Of a DNA stretch of 64,000 bases, positions 1 through 8,667 are shown one piece after another. Numbering within the stretch: position 1 is the stretch's first letter; each line of letters starts with the position of its first letter. The stretch is from Nitrospinales bacterium (GTDB lineage: Bacteria > Nitrospinota > Nitrospinia > Nitrospinales > VA-1): contig CBDCXL010000002.1 of the NCBI GenBank assembly GCA_965223795.1, forward strand, positions 1,184,001-1,248,000, in the 5' to 3' direction. The translations under genes and the position numbers were made by a program. Below the pieces are notes generated by a model. The model saw only the letters and a list, made by a program, of their open reading frames with translations, ran no database searches and was not told the origin of the DNA.

Positions 1-1671
1 CGAAATGGGAATGCTTTTGCGACATACCATCATCCAGAGGCCGAAATCACAGAACTGCCTCTCGCGCCCAAAAATGATGGAGATCACTTCTCCGGGGATA
101 TTCTTTCGCTGTACCATCCGATTCGATTCGACGGTCAAAGAGTGGGCACTCTTCTGATACAGTCTGACTTGCACAATCTCAACATCCGCTTGCGGCAATA
201 CGCTTTGATTCTCGGCTTTGTGCTTCTTGCCTCGCTTTTGACGGCTTACTTCATGTCTGCGGCTTTGCAAAAAAGCGTCTCAAAGCCCATCCTCCATCTT
301 GCCGAAGTGGCGGATCATGTGTCCACGCATAAAGACTACTCCACCCGAATCGAGAAAGTGAGCCAGGATGAAGTCGGGCATTTGATCGAGCGGTTCAATG
401 AAATGCTGGTTCACATCCAGAACAGCGAGCAGGAACTTTATAAAGCTTACGGCGAACTGGAAAAACGCGTTTTTGAACGCACCCGTCAACTCAATGAGGC
501 CAAGGAAGAAGCCGAGGATGCCAACCGTGCGAAATCGGAATTTCTGTCGCGCATAAGCCATGAGCTGCGCACGCCGATGAACGCCATCCTGGGATTCAGT
601 CAACTCATGGAAATGGACATGGACGATCCCTTATCGGAAAGCCATCAAGAACGACTCAATGAAATCCTGAAAGCCGGAAACCACCTGCTCGAACTCATCA
701 ACGAAGTGCTCGACCTTTCCCGCATCGAAGCCGGAAAGCTCACTCTCTCCATCGAGGATGTCGACGTCAAGAAAGTGCTCGAGGAAACCCTCACGCTCAT
801 CCTGCCCATGGCGGAGAAAAAAGGCATCTCCGTCCAAAATAACATCGAAGACAATACGTTTGTCCGCGCCGACCACACCAAGTTCAAACAGGTGCTGTTG
901 AACCTGCTTTCCAACGCAGTCAAATACAACGTCGAGAACGGAAGCGTGATTCTCAACATTGAAAACACCGGCGACGGGCGCGTTCGCATCTTTTTGAAAG
1001 ACACGGGCAACGGACTGACTCAGGAACAGCAGGACACCATCTTCGAGCCGTTCAACCGGCTCGATGCCGATCAAACCGAAATCGAGGGCACCGGCATCGG
1101 TCTCACCATCACCCGGCGCCTGATGGACCTCATGGATGGATCGATCGACATCACCAGCGCTCCAGGAAAAGGCAGCACCTTCACGCTCGAATTCAAAAAA
1201 GGGGAGGAGACCCCGCATTCCGAAACGTTGGCGGTGAGTCATTCAAACCGTGCGGAAACGGATTCGCCGCTGAAACAACACAAAGTGCTGTATGTGGAGG
1301 ACAACCCGGCCAACCTGGCTCTGGTCGAACAGTTGTTGAAGCCGCAAAAGAACATCGAGCTGCTCAAGGCACCCCAGGCGCAGATCGGCATCGACCTGGC
1401 GCGCGCGCATCGTCCCGATCTCATCCTCATGGATATCAACCTGCCGGAGATGGACGGCATCGAGGCCTTCAAACGCCTCCAGGCCCATGAAGAAACGCGC
1501 AACATCCCCGTCATCGCCGTCAGCGCCAATGCCATGGAATCCGATATCAAAAAGGCCCACGCCACGGGCTTTTGCGCATACATCACAAAACCGTTCGTTC
1601 TTAAAATCTTTCTCGATGAAGTGAACCGAATCTTGAATTTAACGGCCGCTGATGGCCAGATCAACTCGTGA
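1..1671 (+). CDS. Hybrid sensor histidine kinase (periplasmic sensor, TM, HAMP, HisKA, HATPase, REC); 5' end lies outside the window
   Basis: Frame is open from base 1. H-box SHELRTPMNAI, N-box QVLLNLLSNAVKYN, G-boxes DTGNG and GTGIGL, C-terminal REC (YVEDN, LMDINLP, KP). Confidence 0.95.
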   Translation, partial: RNGNAFATYHHPEAEITELPLAPKNDGDHFSGDILSLYHPIRFDGQRVGTLLIQSDLHNLNIRLRQYALILGFVLLASLLTAYFMSAALQKSVSKPILHLAEVADHVSTHKDYSTRIEKVSQDEVGHLIERFNEMLVHIQNSEQELYKAYGELEKRVFERTRQLNEAKEEAEDANRAKSEFLSRISHELRTPMNAILGFSQLMEMDMDDPLSESHQERLNEILKAGNHLLELINEVLDLSRIEAGKLTLSIEDVDVKKVLEETLTLILPMAEKKGISVQNNIEDNTFVRADHTKFKQVLLNLLSNAVKYNVENGSVILNIENTGDGRVRIFLKDTGNGLTQEQQDTIFEPFNRLDADQTEIEGTGIGLTITRRLMDLMDGSIDITSAPGKGSTFTLEFKKGEETPHSETLAVSHSNRAETDSPLKQHKVLYVEDNPANLALVEQLLKPQKNIELLKAPQAQIGIDLARAHRPDLILMDINLPEMDGIEAFKRLQAHEETRNIPVIAVSANAMESDIKKAHATGFCAYITKPFVLKIFLDEVNRILNLTAADGQINS

Positions 1672-1683
1672 ATGGAGGACTTC

Positions 1684-2241
1684 ATGATCAAGGAAAATCA
1701 GCTTTTAAACGCAAAGATTCTCATCATCGACGATGAGAGCGCCAATGTCATGCTGCTGGAGCAACTGCTCAAGCAAAAGGGATACACAAATTTCATCAGC
1801 ATCACCGATCCGCGCGAAGCCGTCAAAACCTACGAAAATTTTCTGCCGGACCTGGTGCTGCTGGACATGAACATGCCGCATAAAGACGGGCTGACGTTAT
1901 TGAAAGAGTTCAATGAGCTGGAAAAAGACAGCTACGCTCCCGTGATGATCCTGACCGCGCAGACCGATAACAAAATCCGCCTTCAGGCCCTGGAAGCGGG
2001 CACGCGGGACTTTCTGAGCAAACCGTTCGATCTTCTGGAAGTGGCGCTCCGCATCCGCAATATGATCGAAGTGCGCCTGCTCAACAATCAGGTGAAGATG
2101 TACAATGAAATCCTGGAAGGAAAAGTGCAGGAACGCAGTGTGGATCTGGCCGCCTCGCAGCTCAGGCTGGAACACGAAATCGCGGAGCGGCAAAAGATGA
2201 TGGAGGAACTCAAGCGCGCACCGGCGGCCTCCGGCGAGTGA
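1684..2241 (+). CDS. Response regulator (REC plus short coiled-coil tail, no output domain)
   Basis: IIDDE, LLDMNMP and KPF motifs. GGAGG RBS precedes ATG 1684; directly follows the kinase. Confidence 0.9.
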   Translation: MIKENQLLNAKILIIDDESANVMLLEQLLKQKGYTNFISITDPREAVKTYENFLPDLVLLDMNMPHKDGLTLLKEFNELEKDSYAPVMILTAQTDNKIRLQALEAGTRDFLSKPFDLLEVALRIRNMIEVRLLNNQVKMYNEILEGKVQERSVDLAASQLRLEHEIAERQKMMEELKRAPAASGE

Positions 2242-2275
2242 CGCCGCCTTTGCGCGGCAACTCGGAGATACGGGC

Positions 2276-2476
2276 TCAATCTCTCAAGTCCAGGTACTTG
2301 GCGCCCTTATACTTGAGGCCTTCGAACTCGCGTTCGTTGACCAGCTTGTTGGGCACCCCCTGCTCGTCGAGATCTTTTTTAAACTCCAGGTACTCTTCGT
2401 TGGAGTTGAATTCCGCCACGGTTTGCGCGCCCTCCTTGTCTTCGAACTGCAAAAGAAAACGGAACCTTCTTTTCAT
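2276..2476 (-). CDS. Small hypothetical protein (66 aa)
   Basis: Protein-like composition, GGGAGAG RBS, co-oriented with the upstream TPR gene. Confidence 0.7.
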   Translation of the reverse strand: MKRRFRFLLQFEDKEGAQTVAEFNSNEEYLEFKKDLDEQGVPNKLVNEREFEGLKYKGAKYLDLRD

Positions 2477-2512
2477 TGTGTTTCTCTCTCCCGTTGTTTG
2501 ACCGTCCCTGCC

Positions 2513-2992
2513 TCAAGGACGGTTTTCGTTGTTCGATCCGGTGTCGTACTTTTCATACAGCAGACGCAGCCGCCGCTGCGCGGTCCGGGTTTGCCGGTGG
2601 TCGCGCTTGACGCGGTACCAGCGCCGCGCCTGCAGCATGTGGTGGATCGCCTCGTCTCCTTGCCCCAATAGATCGAACGTGACCGCCAGGTTGAAGTGAG
2701 CCTGGGCGTAATCCGGTTTCAGCCGGATCGCTTCCCGGTAGGCGGCGATCTCTTCCTCATGCAGCCCCAGAGCCAGGTAGGACAACCCGAGTTTGAAATG
2801 CCCCTCGGCGTTCTCCGGATCGCGGCTCAATGCCTCCTTCTGCTTTTGGATGTCCTGCCGGATGCTTTGCCGGTATTGCTCGAACCCGCTGTCGGCGGCG
2901 AACACAGCCGCACCGTTGAGGGACAGAAACAACATCCATCCGCCAACAACGGCTCCACGGACAAAGGAATTCACTGCGCTCGGATCGTGCAC
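2513..2992 (-). CDS. Secreted TPR protein
   Basis: Signal-like N-terminus; TPR motifs AEGHFKLGLSY and AQAHFNLAVTF. Confidence 0.85.
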   Translation of the reverse strand: MHDPSAVNSFVRGAVVGGWMLFLSLNGAAVFAADSGFEQYRQSIRQDIQKQKEALSRDPENAEGHFKLGLSYLALGLHEEEIAAYREAIRLKPDYAQAHFNLAVTFDLLGQGDEAIHHMLQARRWYRVKRDHRQTRTAQRRLRLLYEKYDTGSNNENRP

Positions 2993-3141
2993 GGAATCGT
3001 TTCGGCCGTCGCGGGCCGTAGCTTGCGTCTATAATAGATACATTGCAGGTGCTTCAGGATTCACAAATGAGCAGATTATCGCATAAAACCAGGGGCGGCA
3101 AGGCGCAGGCCGGGCCGCCTCTACTACTAAGGAGTGAGCGC

Positions 3142-4119
3142 GTGCGTTACAGAAAATGGGACGGCCTTTCGGTTTCGGAAATCGGATTGGGAACCTGGCA
3201 GCTGGGGGCGGACTGGGGCCGCGTGGACGACGCCACCGCCGAGGCCATTCTGCTTGAGGCGGTGGAACACGGCGTGAACTTTTTCGACACCGCCGACGTG
3301 TACGGCCGCGGGCTGTCGGAAACGCGTATCGCCCGCTTTCTGGACCGGCACCCGCAGCCAGTGACGGTGGCGACGAAGCTCGGCCGCTTCCCGGAACCGG
3401 GCGGCGAGGCCAACTGGTCGCTCGCGCGTTTCCGCGAGCACACCGAGCAGTCGCTGCGCCGCCTCAAGCGGGAATCGCTCGATCTGACCCAGGTCCACTG
3501 CCTGCCCACGGAGGTGCTGCGCCGGGGCGAGGTGTTCGAGTGGCTGCGCACGCTCCAGCGCGAAGGTAAGATCCAGCGGTTCGGGCTGAGCGTGGAATCG
3601 ATGGAAGAAGCGCATCTGTGTCTGGAGCAGGAAGGGGTGGCCTCGCTGCAAATCATTTTCAACCTGTTTAGGCAGAAGCCCGCCCGCGACCTGTTCGAGC
3701 ACGCGAAGGAAAAACAGGTGGCGCTGATCGTGCGGCTGCCGCTGGCCTCCGGCCTGCTCTCGGGGCGGTTCACGCTGGACACGGCGTTTCCGGACGACGA
3801 CCACCGCAACTACAACCGCGACGGGGCGCAGTTCAACGTCGGGGAGACGTTTGCCGGCCTGCCGTTCGCAGACGGCGTCCGGCTGGCCGACGCGCTGAAA
3901 GCGTGTGTGCCTGAAGCGATGACGCTTGAGCAGATGGCGCTGCGCTGGATTCTGGACTTCGACGCGGTGACGGTGGTGATTCCGGGAGCCACGCGGCCCG
4001 ATCAGGTGCGGAAAAACTGTTCCGTCAGCGATCTTGCACCGCTGTCCAGCGATCAGCACACGCGGCTCGAATCTTTTTATGCGGAAAACGTGGCGCCGCA
4101 CATCCGCGGCAAATACTGA
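3142..4119 (+). CDS. Aldo/keto reductase
   Basis: VSEIGLGTWQLG, FFDTADVYG, VATK and VIPGATRPDQV motifs; AAGGAG RBS before GTG 3142. Confidence 0.93.
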   Translation: MRYRKWDGLSVSEIGLGTWQLGADWGRVDDATAEAILLEAVEHGVNFFDTADVYGRGLSETRIARFLDRHPQPVTVATKLGRFPEPGGEANWSLARFREHTEQSLRRLKRESLDLTQVHCLPTEVLRRGEVFEWLRTLQREGKIQRFGLSVESMEEAHLCLEQEGVASLQIIFNLFRQKPARDLFEHAKEKQVALIVRLPLASGLLSGRFTLDTAFPDDDHRNYNRDGAQFNVGETFAGLPFADGVRLADALKACVPEAMTLEQMALRWILDFDAVTVVIPGATRPDQVRKNCSVSDLAPLSSDQHTRLESFYAENVAPHIRGKY

Positions 4120-4120
4120 A

Positions 4121-4285
4121 CTATTTTCTGCCTTCGCGCTTGGCCTGGAAATGGTCCGCCACGGTCAGCAGGACTTTGACGATGCCGATGGTGATGAACA
4201 CGCCGAGCAGAAACTGCAAGAGCGGCGGCAGGCTGTCGATGAAATCGATGATGGTCTGAACGAATCCGTAGCGTATGGGGTCCAT
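4121..4285 (-). CDS. Small single-TM membrane protein (54 aa; absent from the ORF track)
   Basis: MDPIRYGFVQTIIDFIDSLPPLLQFLLGVFITIGIVKVLLTVADHFQAKREGRK; high GC at third codon positions; hydrophobic helix. Confidence 0.65.
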   Translation of the reverse strand: MDPIRYGFVQTIIDFIDSLPPLLQFLLGVFITIGIVKVLLTVADHFQAKREGRK

Positions 4286-4337
4286 GGGCGAATTTTAACC
4301 AGGTTGAGTTATGGGTTGTCCTGTCCGGGTCCCGTTT

Positions 4338-5798
4338 TCATTGCAGAAAGATTTCGGTCTTTTGGCTGTCGAGGCCGATTTTCAGTATGCGGTGGTTGTT
4401 GGTGTCGGAGACGAACAAATGCCGTCCCACCTGGATCACTCCCGCGGGTTCCCACAACCGGGTGCAGCTTTTGTCTTCACAGATGAGGCCGGTCGAGGCC
4501 TCGACGGTGGCGACATTGCGGGTTTTGAGATCGAGGGTCTTGATCTTGTGGTTGTAGGAATCGGCGATGTGCAGAAGGCCGCCGGCGTAGTGCACTCCCA
4601 GCGGGTGCTGCAGCAGCGCCTGGGTGCCGGTGCCGTCGCGGTCGCCGAAATCGAACAGACCGGTTCCCACGTAGGTGGTGATGCTGCCTTTATCTCCAAG
4701 CTCGACGCTGCGGATGGCGCTGGTTTCGCTGTCCGCCAGAAACAGCTTGCCCTCACCGATGCTCAGGCCGCTCGGCTGCGCGAACGCTCCTTCGGCGCGG
4801 GCACCGTCCACCAGCGCTTCCGCGCCGGTTCCGGCAAACGGCCCGGCCATGCCCGACTCGATCTCGTAGATTCCGATCTGGTGGGTGCCCGCGTTGGCGA
4901 AGTAGAGCGCTCCGTTGTCGATCGAAACATCCCAGGGAGAACTGAGCGGCAGGTCTTTCGCCGGCCCGCGCTCTTTGAGCACGGGCCCCTGGCTGCCGGT
5001 GCCCGCAACGGTGGCGACGGTTTGTTTGACAAGATCCACTTTGCGCAGGCAGTGGTTTTCGGTGTCGGCCACCCACAGGATGCCATCGCGCAGGCAGAGG
5101 CCCTGCGGCCGGAAAAACGACGCCGCCTCAAAAGACCCGTCGTTCTTACCGATGGCGCCGGAACCGATGGTGCGGGTGACGCTGCCGCCGGCATCGAGCG
5201 TGAGGACGCGGTTGTGGTTCGCATCGGCGACGGCGAACTCGCCGGAATCCGGATCGTGCGCGATCTTGCCGGGAAAGCGCAGCGTCGTGTCCTCCCCTCC
5301 CGGCGCGGATTTTATCAGTGCCTCGGCGCCGCCCTGCAGCACGCCCTTCCCTTTCATCTCCTTGATCACCTCGCTCATCGAGGCCATCAGCATTTCCGGG
5401 TCGGGTTCTCCGGGAAGCTGGCCCAGGATGTAGCCGTCCGGGCCGATGAACACCAGGGTGGGCCAGGCGCGCACGGCGTACTGCTTCCAGATCGAAAACG
5501 CCTCGTCGTGCACCACGGGATGCACGATCTCGTAGCGCTCGATGGCGTGGATCAGGTTGGCGGTGACTTTTTCCCCCGGAAATTTCGGGCTGTGCACGCC
5601 AATCACCACGACGTCGTCGGGATAGGCTTCTTCGATCCGCTTGAGGGTCGGAACGATGTGGATGCAGTTGATGCAGCAGTAGGTCCAGAAATCCAGGATG
5701 ACGAGCTTGCCCGTCAGATCGGGCAGATCCAGCGGAGCGTGGACGTTGAACCAGGGCAGGTTCGCGGCCTGGAGTCTGGGGGCGCGGACGAGTTGCAT
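4338..5798 (-). CDS. Thioredoxin-like plus NHL-repeat protein (NHLRC2/SOQ1-like)
   Basis: LDFWTYCCINC and GVHSPKF motifs followed by NHL repeats (VADTENH, LADSETS, IADSYNH). Confidence 0.9.
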   Translation of the reverse strand: MQLVRAPRLQAANLPWFNVHAPLDLPDLTGKLVILDFWTYCCINCIHIVPTLKRIEEAYPDDVVVIGVHSPKFPGEKVTANLIHAIERYEIVHPVVHDEAFSIWKQYAVRAWPTLVFIGPDGYILGQLPGEPDPEMLMASMSEVIKEMKGKGVLQGGAEALIKSAPGGEDTTLRFPGKIAHDPDSGEFAVADANHNRVLTLDAGGSVTRTIGSGAIGKNDGSFEAASFFRPQGLCLRDGILWVADTENHCLRKVDLVKQTVATVAGTGSQGPVLKERGPAKDLPLSSPWDVSIDNGALYFANAGTHQIGIYEIESGMAGPFAGTGAEALVDGARAEGAFAQPSGLSIGEGKLFLADSETSAIRSVELGDKGSITTYVGTGLFDFGDRDGTGTQALLQHPLGVHYAGGLLHIADSYNHKIKTLDLKTRNVATVEASTGLICEDKSCTRLWEPAGVIQVGRHLFVSDTNNHRILKIGLDSQKTEIFLQ

Positions 5799-5892
5799 GG
5801 GGGTTTCCGGTTGCGTTCTTTCCCGGATTGGAACACGTTCGGCTTTGCAAATCAAGCCCGCCGGTTGCGGCCGGGCTGCCGCCCGAAAAGAA

Positions 5893-6044
5893 GAGATTCG
5901 TCCCACTGGCGCGGAAGGCTGAGAGCGCAATACCAACCGTTCGCCGCGCCGGCCGGGCCACCGCCCGGAGGGAGATTCGTCCCACTGGCGCGGAAGGCCG
6001 GGAACGCAACACGAACCGTTCGCCGCGCCGGCCGGGCCACCGCC
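5893..6044 (+). repeat. Tandem repeat, 2 near-identical 79-bp units with partial flanking copies
   Basis: GAGATTCGTCCCACTGGCGCGGAAGG at 5893 and 5972; AACCGTTCGCCGCGCCGGCCGGGCCACCGCC occurs twice. Confidence 0.9.
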
Positions 6045-6114
6045 TATGAGGGGACGGCCCGACTCGACGGTTCGCCGCGCCGAATCGGTTTTTTGGCGGC
6101 TGGTGGCTGGGGGT

Positions 6115-6142
6115 TTGCTTCCCTTCTGGCATCCGGTATAAT
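6115..6142 (+). promoter_or_regulatory. Putative sigma70 promoter
   Basis: TTGCTT-N16-TATAAT upstream of the DUF1566 gene. Confidence 0.5.
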
Positions 6143-6197
6143 CGATTTCGATCCTCCGGAAATTCATTCACGACTCATGTTGAACTTTGACGCACCC

Positions 6198-6722
6198 ATG
6201 AAAAATTCCAACCCCGGCGGAAACGCGCATCGGCTCCTCTGCATCCTGGCGTTTCTGTTGTTGACGATCGCGGGAGCCGACCTTTGTTTTGCCGATCCGT
6301 CCTTAAAAGGAAAATCCGATGTGGTGGTCGATGCGCAGACGGGACTGATGTGGCAGAAAGCCGATTCCTACCACGAATTGAAACAGGGGATGAACTGGTA
6401 CGAAGCGCTGGAATACATCGACAAAAAAAATGCGGAACAATTCGCCGGCTACAGCGACTGGCGGCTGCCCACCATGAAAGAGCTGTCGGAGCTTTGGAGC
6501 GAGGAGAAAGCCGTCAAAAGCAAGGATGGCGAGCCGCTGGGCCTGTCGGAGGCGTACGCCGGGGGCGGCAGCTATTACCTGTGGAGCGGCGACGAACGCG
6601 GTCTGGACAACGCCTGGTATTTCGGACTCGGCCAGAAAGAGGAATATTTCAATTTGAAGGACCTGGGGGATCTGGACCAGGGTGTCAAGATGGTCCGGGA
6701 TCCCAAGAAAGCGGGGGGATGA
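6198..6722 (+). CDS. Secreted DUF1566 (Lcl C-terminal-like) domain protein
   Basis: Signal peptide; VVDAQTGLMWQK, MNWYEA, GYSDWRLPTMKEL and YLWS motifs. Confidence 0.85.
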   Translation: MKNSNPGGNAHRLLCILAFLLLTIAGADLCFADPSLKGKSDVVVDAQTGLMWQKADSYHELKQGMNWYEALEYIDKKNAEQFAGYSDWRLPTMKELSELWSEEKAVKSKDGEPLGLSEAYAGGGSYYLWSGDERGLDNAWYFGLGQKEEYFNLKDLGDLDQGVKMVRDPKKAGG

Positions 6723-6791
6723 CCCACAGCCGATGTGGTGAACCGTCTCCCCATTGATGATTTGTTTTCTGTTTCCTGATGAGGGAAAACC

Positions 6792-8558
6792 ATGATGAGG
6801 ATATTCGATCGAAGCGGCAGATTTTACGGCATCACCGCTGTTGCGGCGGTTTTTGTTCTGACAGTCCTTTTGCTTTTCCTGCCTTCGCAGGCGGTGTTCT
6901 CCGAAGACGAACACAAGGGCCACGACATGAGCGGCATGGACCACGGTGGCATGGACCACGGAGCTATGGATCATGGCGGCATGGATCACGGCGGCGCGGC
7001 GCAGCCGGGCGGGGAGTACCGGATCGACGAAGGCCACGGCGGCCATATGGATCACGGCGAGGAACCGGGCAATCCCTTCCGCACCCGCGGCGCACACGAC
7101 GCGCTGGGCACGTTCAAGCCGGACATGGAACCGGGCGCGCTGCTGGCGCGCGGCCGCAACATCTATCTGCATATGTGCGTGTTCTGCCACGGCCAGGACG
7201 GCAACGGCGGCGGCGCGGCGGTGGAATTCCTCTACCCCTGGCCGCGTGACTTCCGCAAGGGCATTTTCAAGTTCCGCTCGACGCCCACGGGCACGCTGCC
7301 CCAGGATGAAGACCTGTACCGCACGATCATCCGCGGCGTTCCGGGAACGTCGATGCCGGCCTGGGCGGATGCGGTGTCTCCGGAAGACACCTGGGCCCTC
7401 ATCAACCTGATCAAGAGCTTCTCGCCCAGGTTTCAAAACGAGCCCGCGGGCGAACCGGTGAAGGTCGGCGAACCGCCCAAGCCGACGCCGGAACTTCTGG
7501 CCAAGGGCAAGGACCTGTTCACGCGCAACAAATGTGTGGACTGCCACGGCGATTCCCTGAAGGGCGACGGCAAATTCGCCGATTCCCTGATGGATGCCTG
7601 GAAACATGCGGTGTTTGTTCACGACATCACCAATCCCAATTTCTTCAAAGGCGGCCACTCGGCCGAGGACATCTTCCGCACCATCTCCACGGGTCTCGAC
7701 GGCACACCGATGCGCTCCTACGCCGACCTTTCGGTGGAGGACCGCTGGGCGCTGGTGCACTACATCCGTTCGATGTTTTCCCGCGAATATCAAAAAGCGG
7801 AGTTCGAGACGGACATCTATTCCTACAAGGTGGATGTCGAGCTGGACACCGATGTGAACAGCCCGGTGTGGGAAGGTGTCAAGTCCACCAATCTGGTGTT
7901 GCGCCCGCTTTCAGCGCGCCGCGGCGCGGTTGAGGTCATCAATGTGTCCTCGGTGCACAACGGCGAGCAGATGGCGATCCGCCTGCGCTGGGAAGACCCG
8001 ACCCACGACGCGTTTTCGGAATTGAACTCGGACATCTTCCGCGACGGCGCCGCGGTGCAGTTCGCGCTCGGCGCGGTGACGCTGCACACGCACGGCCACA
8101 ACGAGCCGTTCTTCGGGATGGGCAACCGCAGTAAGCCGGTGAACATCTGGCACTGGAAAGCCGGGCTGGAGGAAACCCTCGCGGCGGAGGAAGAGCATGA
8201 GTACGCGGGCGGCGGCGTGGACATGGACGCGCTGATTTTTGGCGGCATCATGTCCAACCCGGTGTCCAAGCTCAACACCACGGCGGAGAACCCGGTCGAG
8301 GAACTGAACGCGGAAGGGTTCGGCACCGTCACGCCTCAGCCTCCGGAAAACCAGAATGTGGAAGGCGAAGGGGAATGGAAGGACGGCGCCTGGACGGTCG
8401 TGTTTTTGCGCGACACGGTGAAGACGGGCAAGTGGGACATCGATCTTCTGAAAAAAGAACCGACGCTCGTCGCGTTCGCGGTGTGGGACGGGCTGAATGA
8501 AGACCGCAACGGCCGCAAAGTGGTCAGTGTCTGGCAGCGGTTGAACCGGCTGGATTGA
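6792..8558 (+). CDS. Periplasmic dihaem cytochrome c fused to an ethylbenzene-dehydrogenase-gamma-like (EB_dh/DOMON) haem-b domain
   Basis: Signal peptide, CVFCH and CVDCH. C-terminal RWED, DGAAVQF, MG-x4-PVNIWHWKA, AEGFGT and AFAVWDG motifs. Confidence 0.88.
   Translation: MMRIFDRSGRFYGITAVAAVFVLTVLLLFLPSQAVFSEDEHKGHDMSGMDHGGMDHGAMDHGGMDHGGAAQPGGEYRIDEGHGGHMDHGEEPGNPFRTRGAHDALGTFKPDMEPGALLARGRNIYLHMCVFCHGQDGNGGGAAVEFLYPWPRDFRKGIFKFRSTPTGTLPQDEDLYRTIIRGVPGTSMPAWADAVSPEDTWALINLIKSFSPRFQNEPAGEPVKVGEPPKPTPELLAKGKDLFTRNKCVDCHGDSLKGDGKFADSLMDAWKHAVFVHDITNPNFFKGGHSAEDIFRTISTGLDGTPMRSYADLSVEDRWALVHYIRSMFSREYQKAEFETDIYSYKVDVELDTDVNSPVWEGVKSTNLVLRPLSARRGAVEVINVSSVHNGEQMAIRLRWEDPTHDAFSELNSDIFRDGAAVQFALGAVTLHTHGHNEPFFGMGNRSKPVNIWHWKAGLEETLAAEEEHEYAGGGVDMDALIFGGIMSNPVSKLNTTAENPVEELNAEGFGTVTPQPPENQNVEGEGEWKDGAWTVVFLRDTVKTGKWDIDLLKKEPTLVAFAVWDGLNEDRNGRKVVSVWQRLNRLD
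6933..6992 (+). repeat. 4 x 15-bp coding repeat (GMDHG-type His/Met motif)
   Basis: ggcatggaccacggt ggcatggaccacgga gctatggatcatggc ggcatggatcacggc. Confidence 0.9.
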
Positions 8559-8667
8559 CAGAGGTGGCGTTATTCCAGGACGCTTTCGAGATCACGGCGG
8601 CTGGCTTGCGGTCTGCGCTTTTTACCTGACCGCGGCCGTCGCTCACCCGGTTGCCCCGGCCTCCGCA

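Noticed and set aside
4311..6197. 803-aa plus-strand ORF fused to DUF1566
   Set aside because: Its first ~630 aa are the antisense shadow of the Trx-NHL gene; the real gene starts near 6198 with a signal peptide and a promoter.
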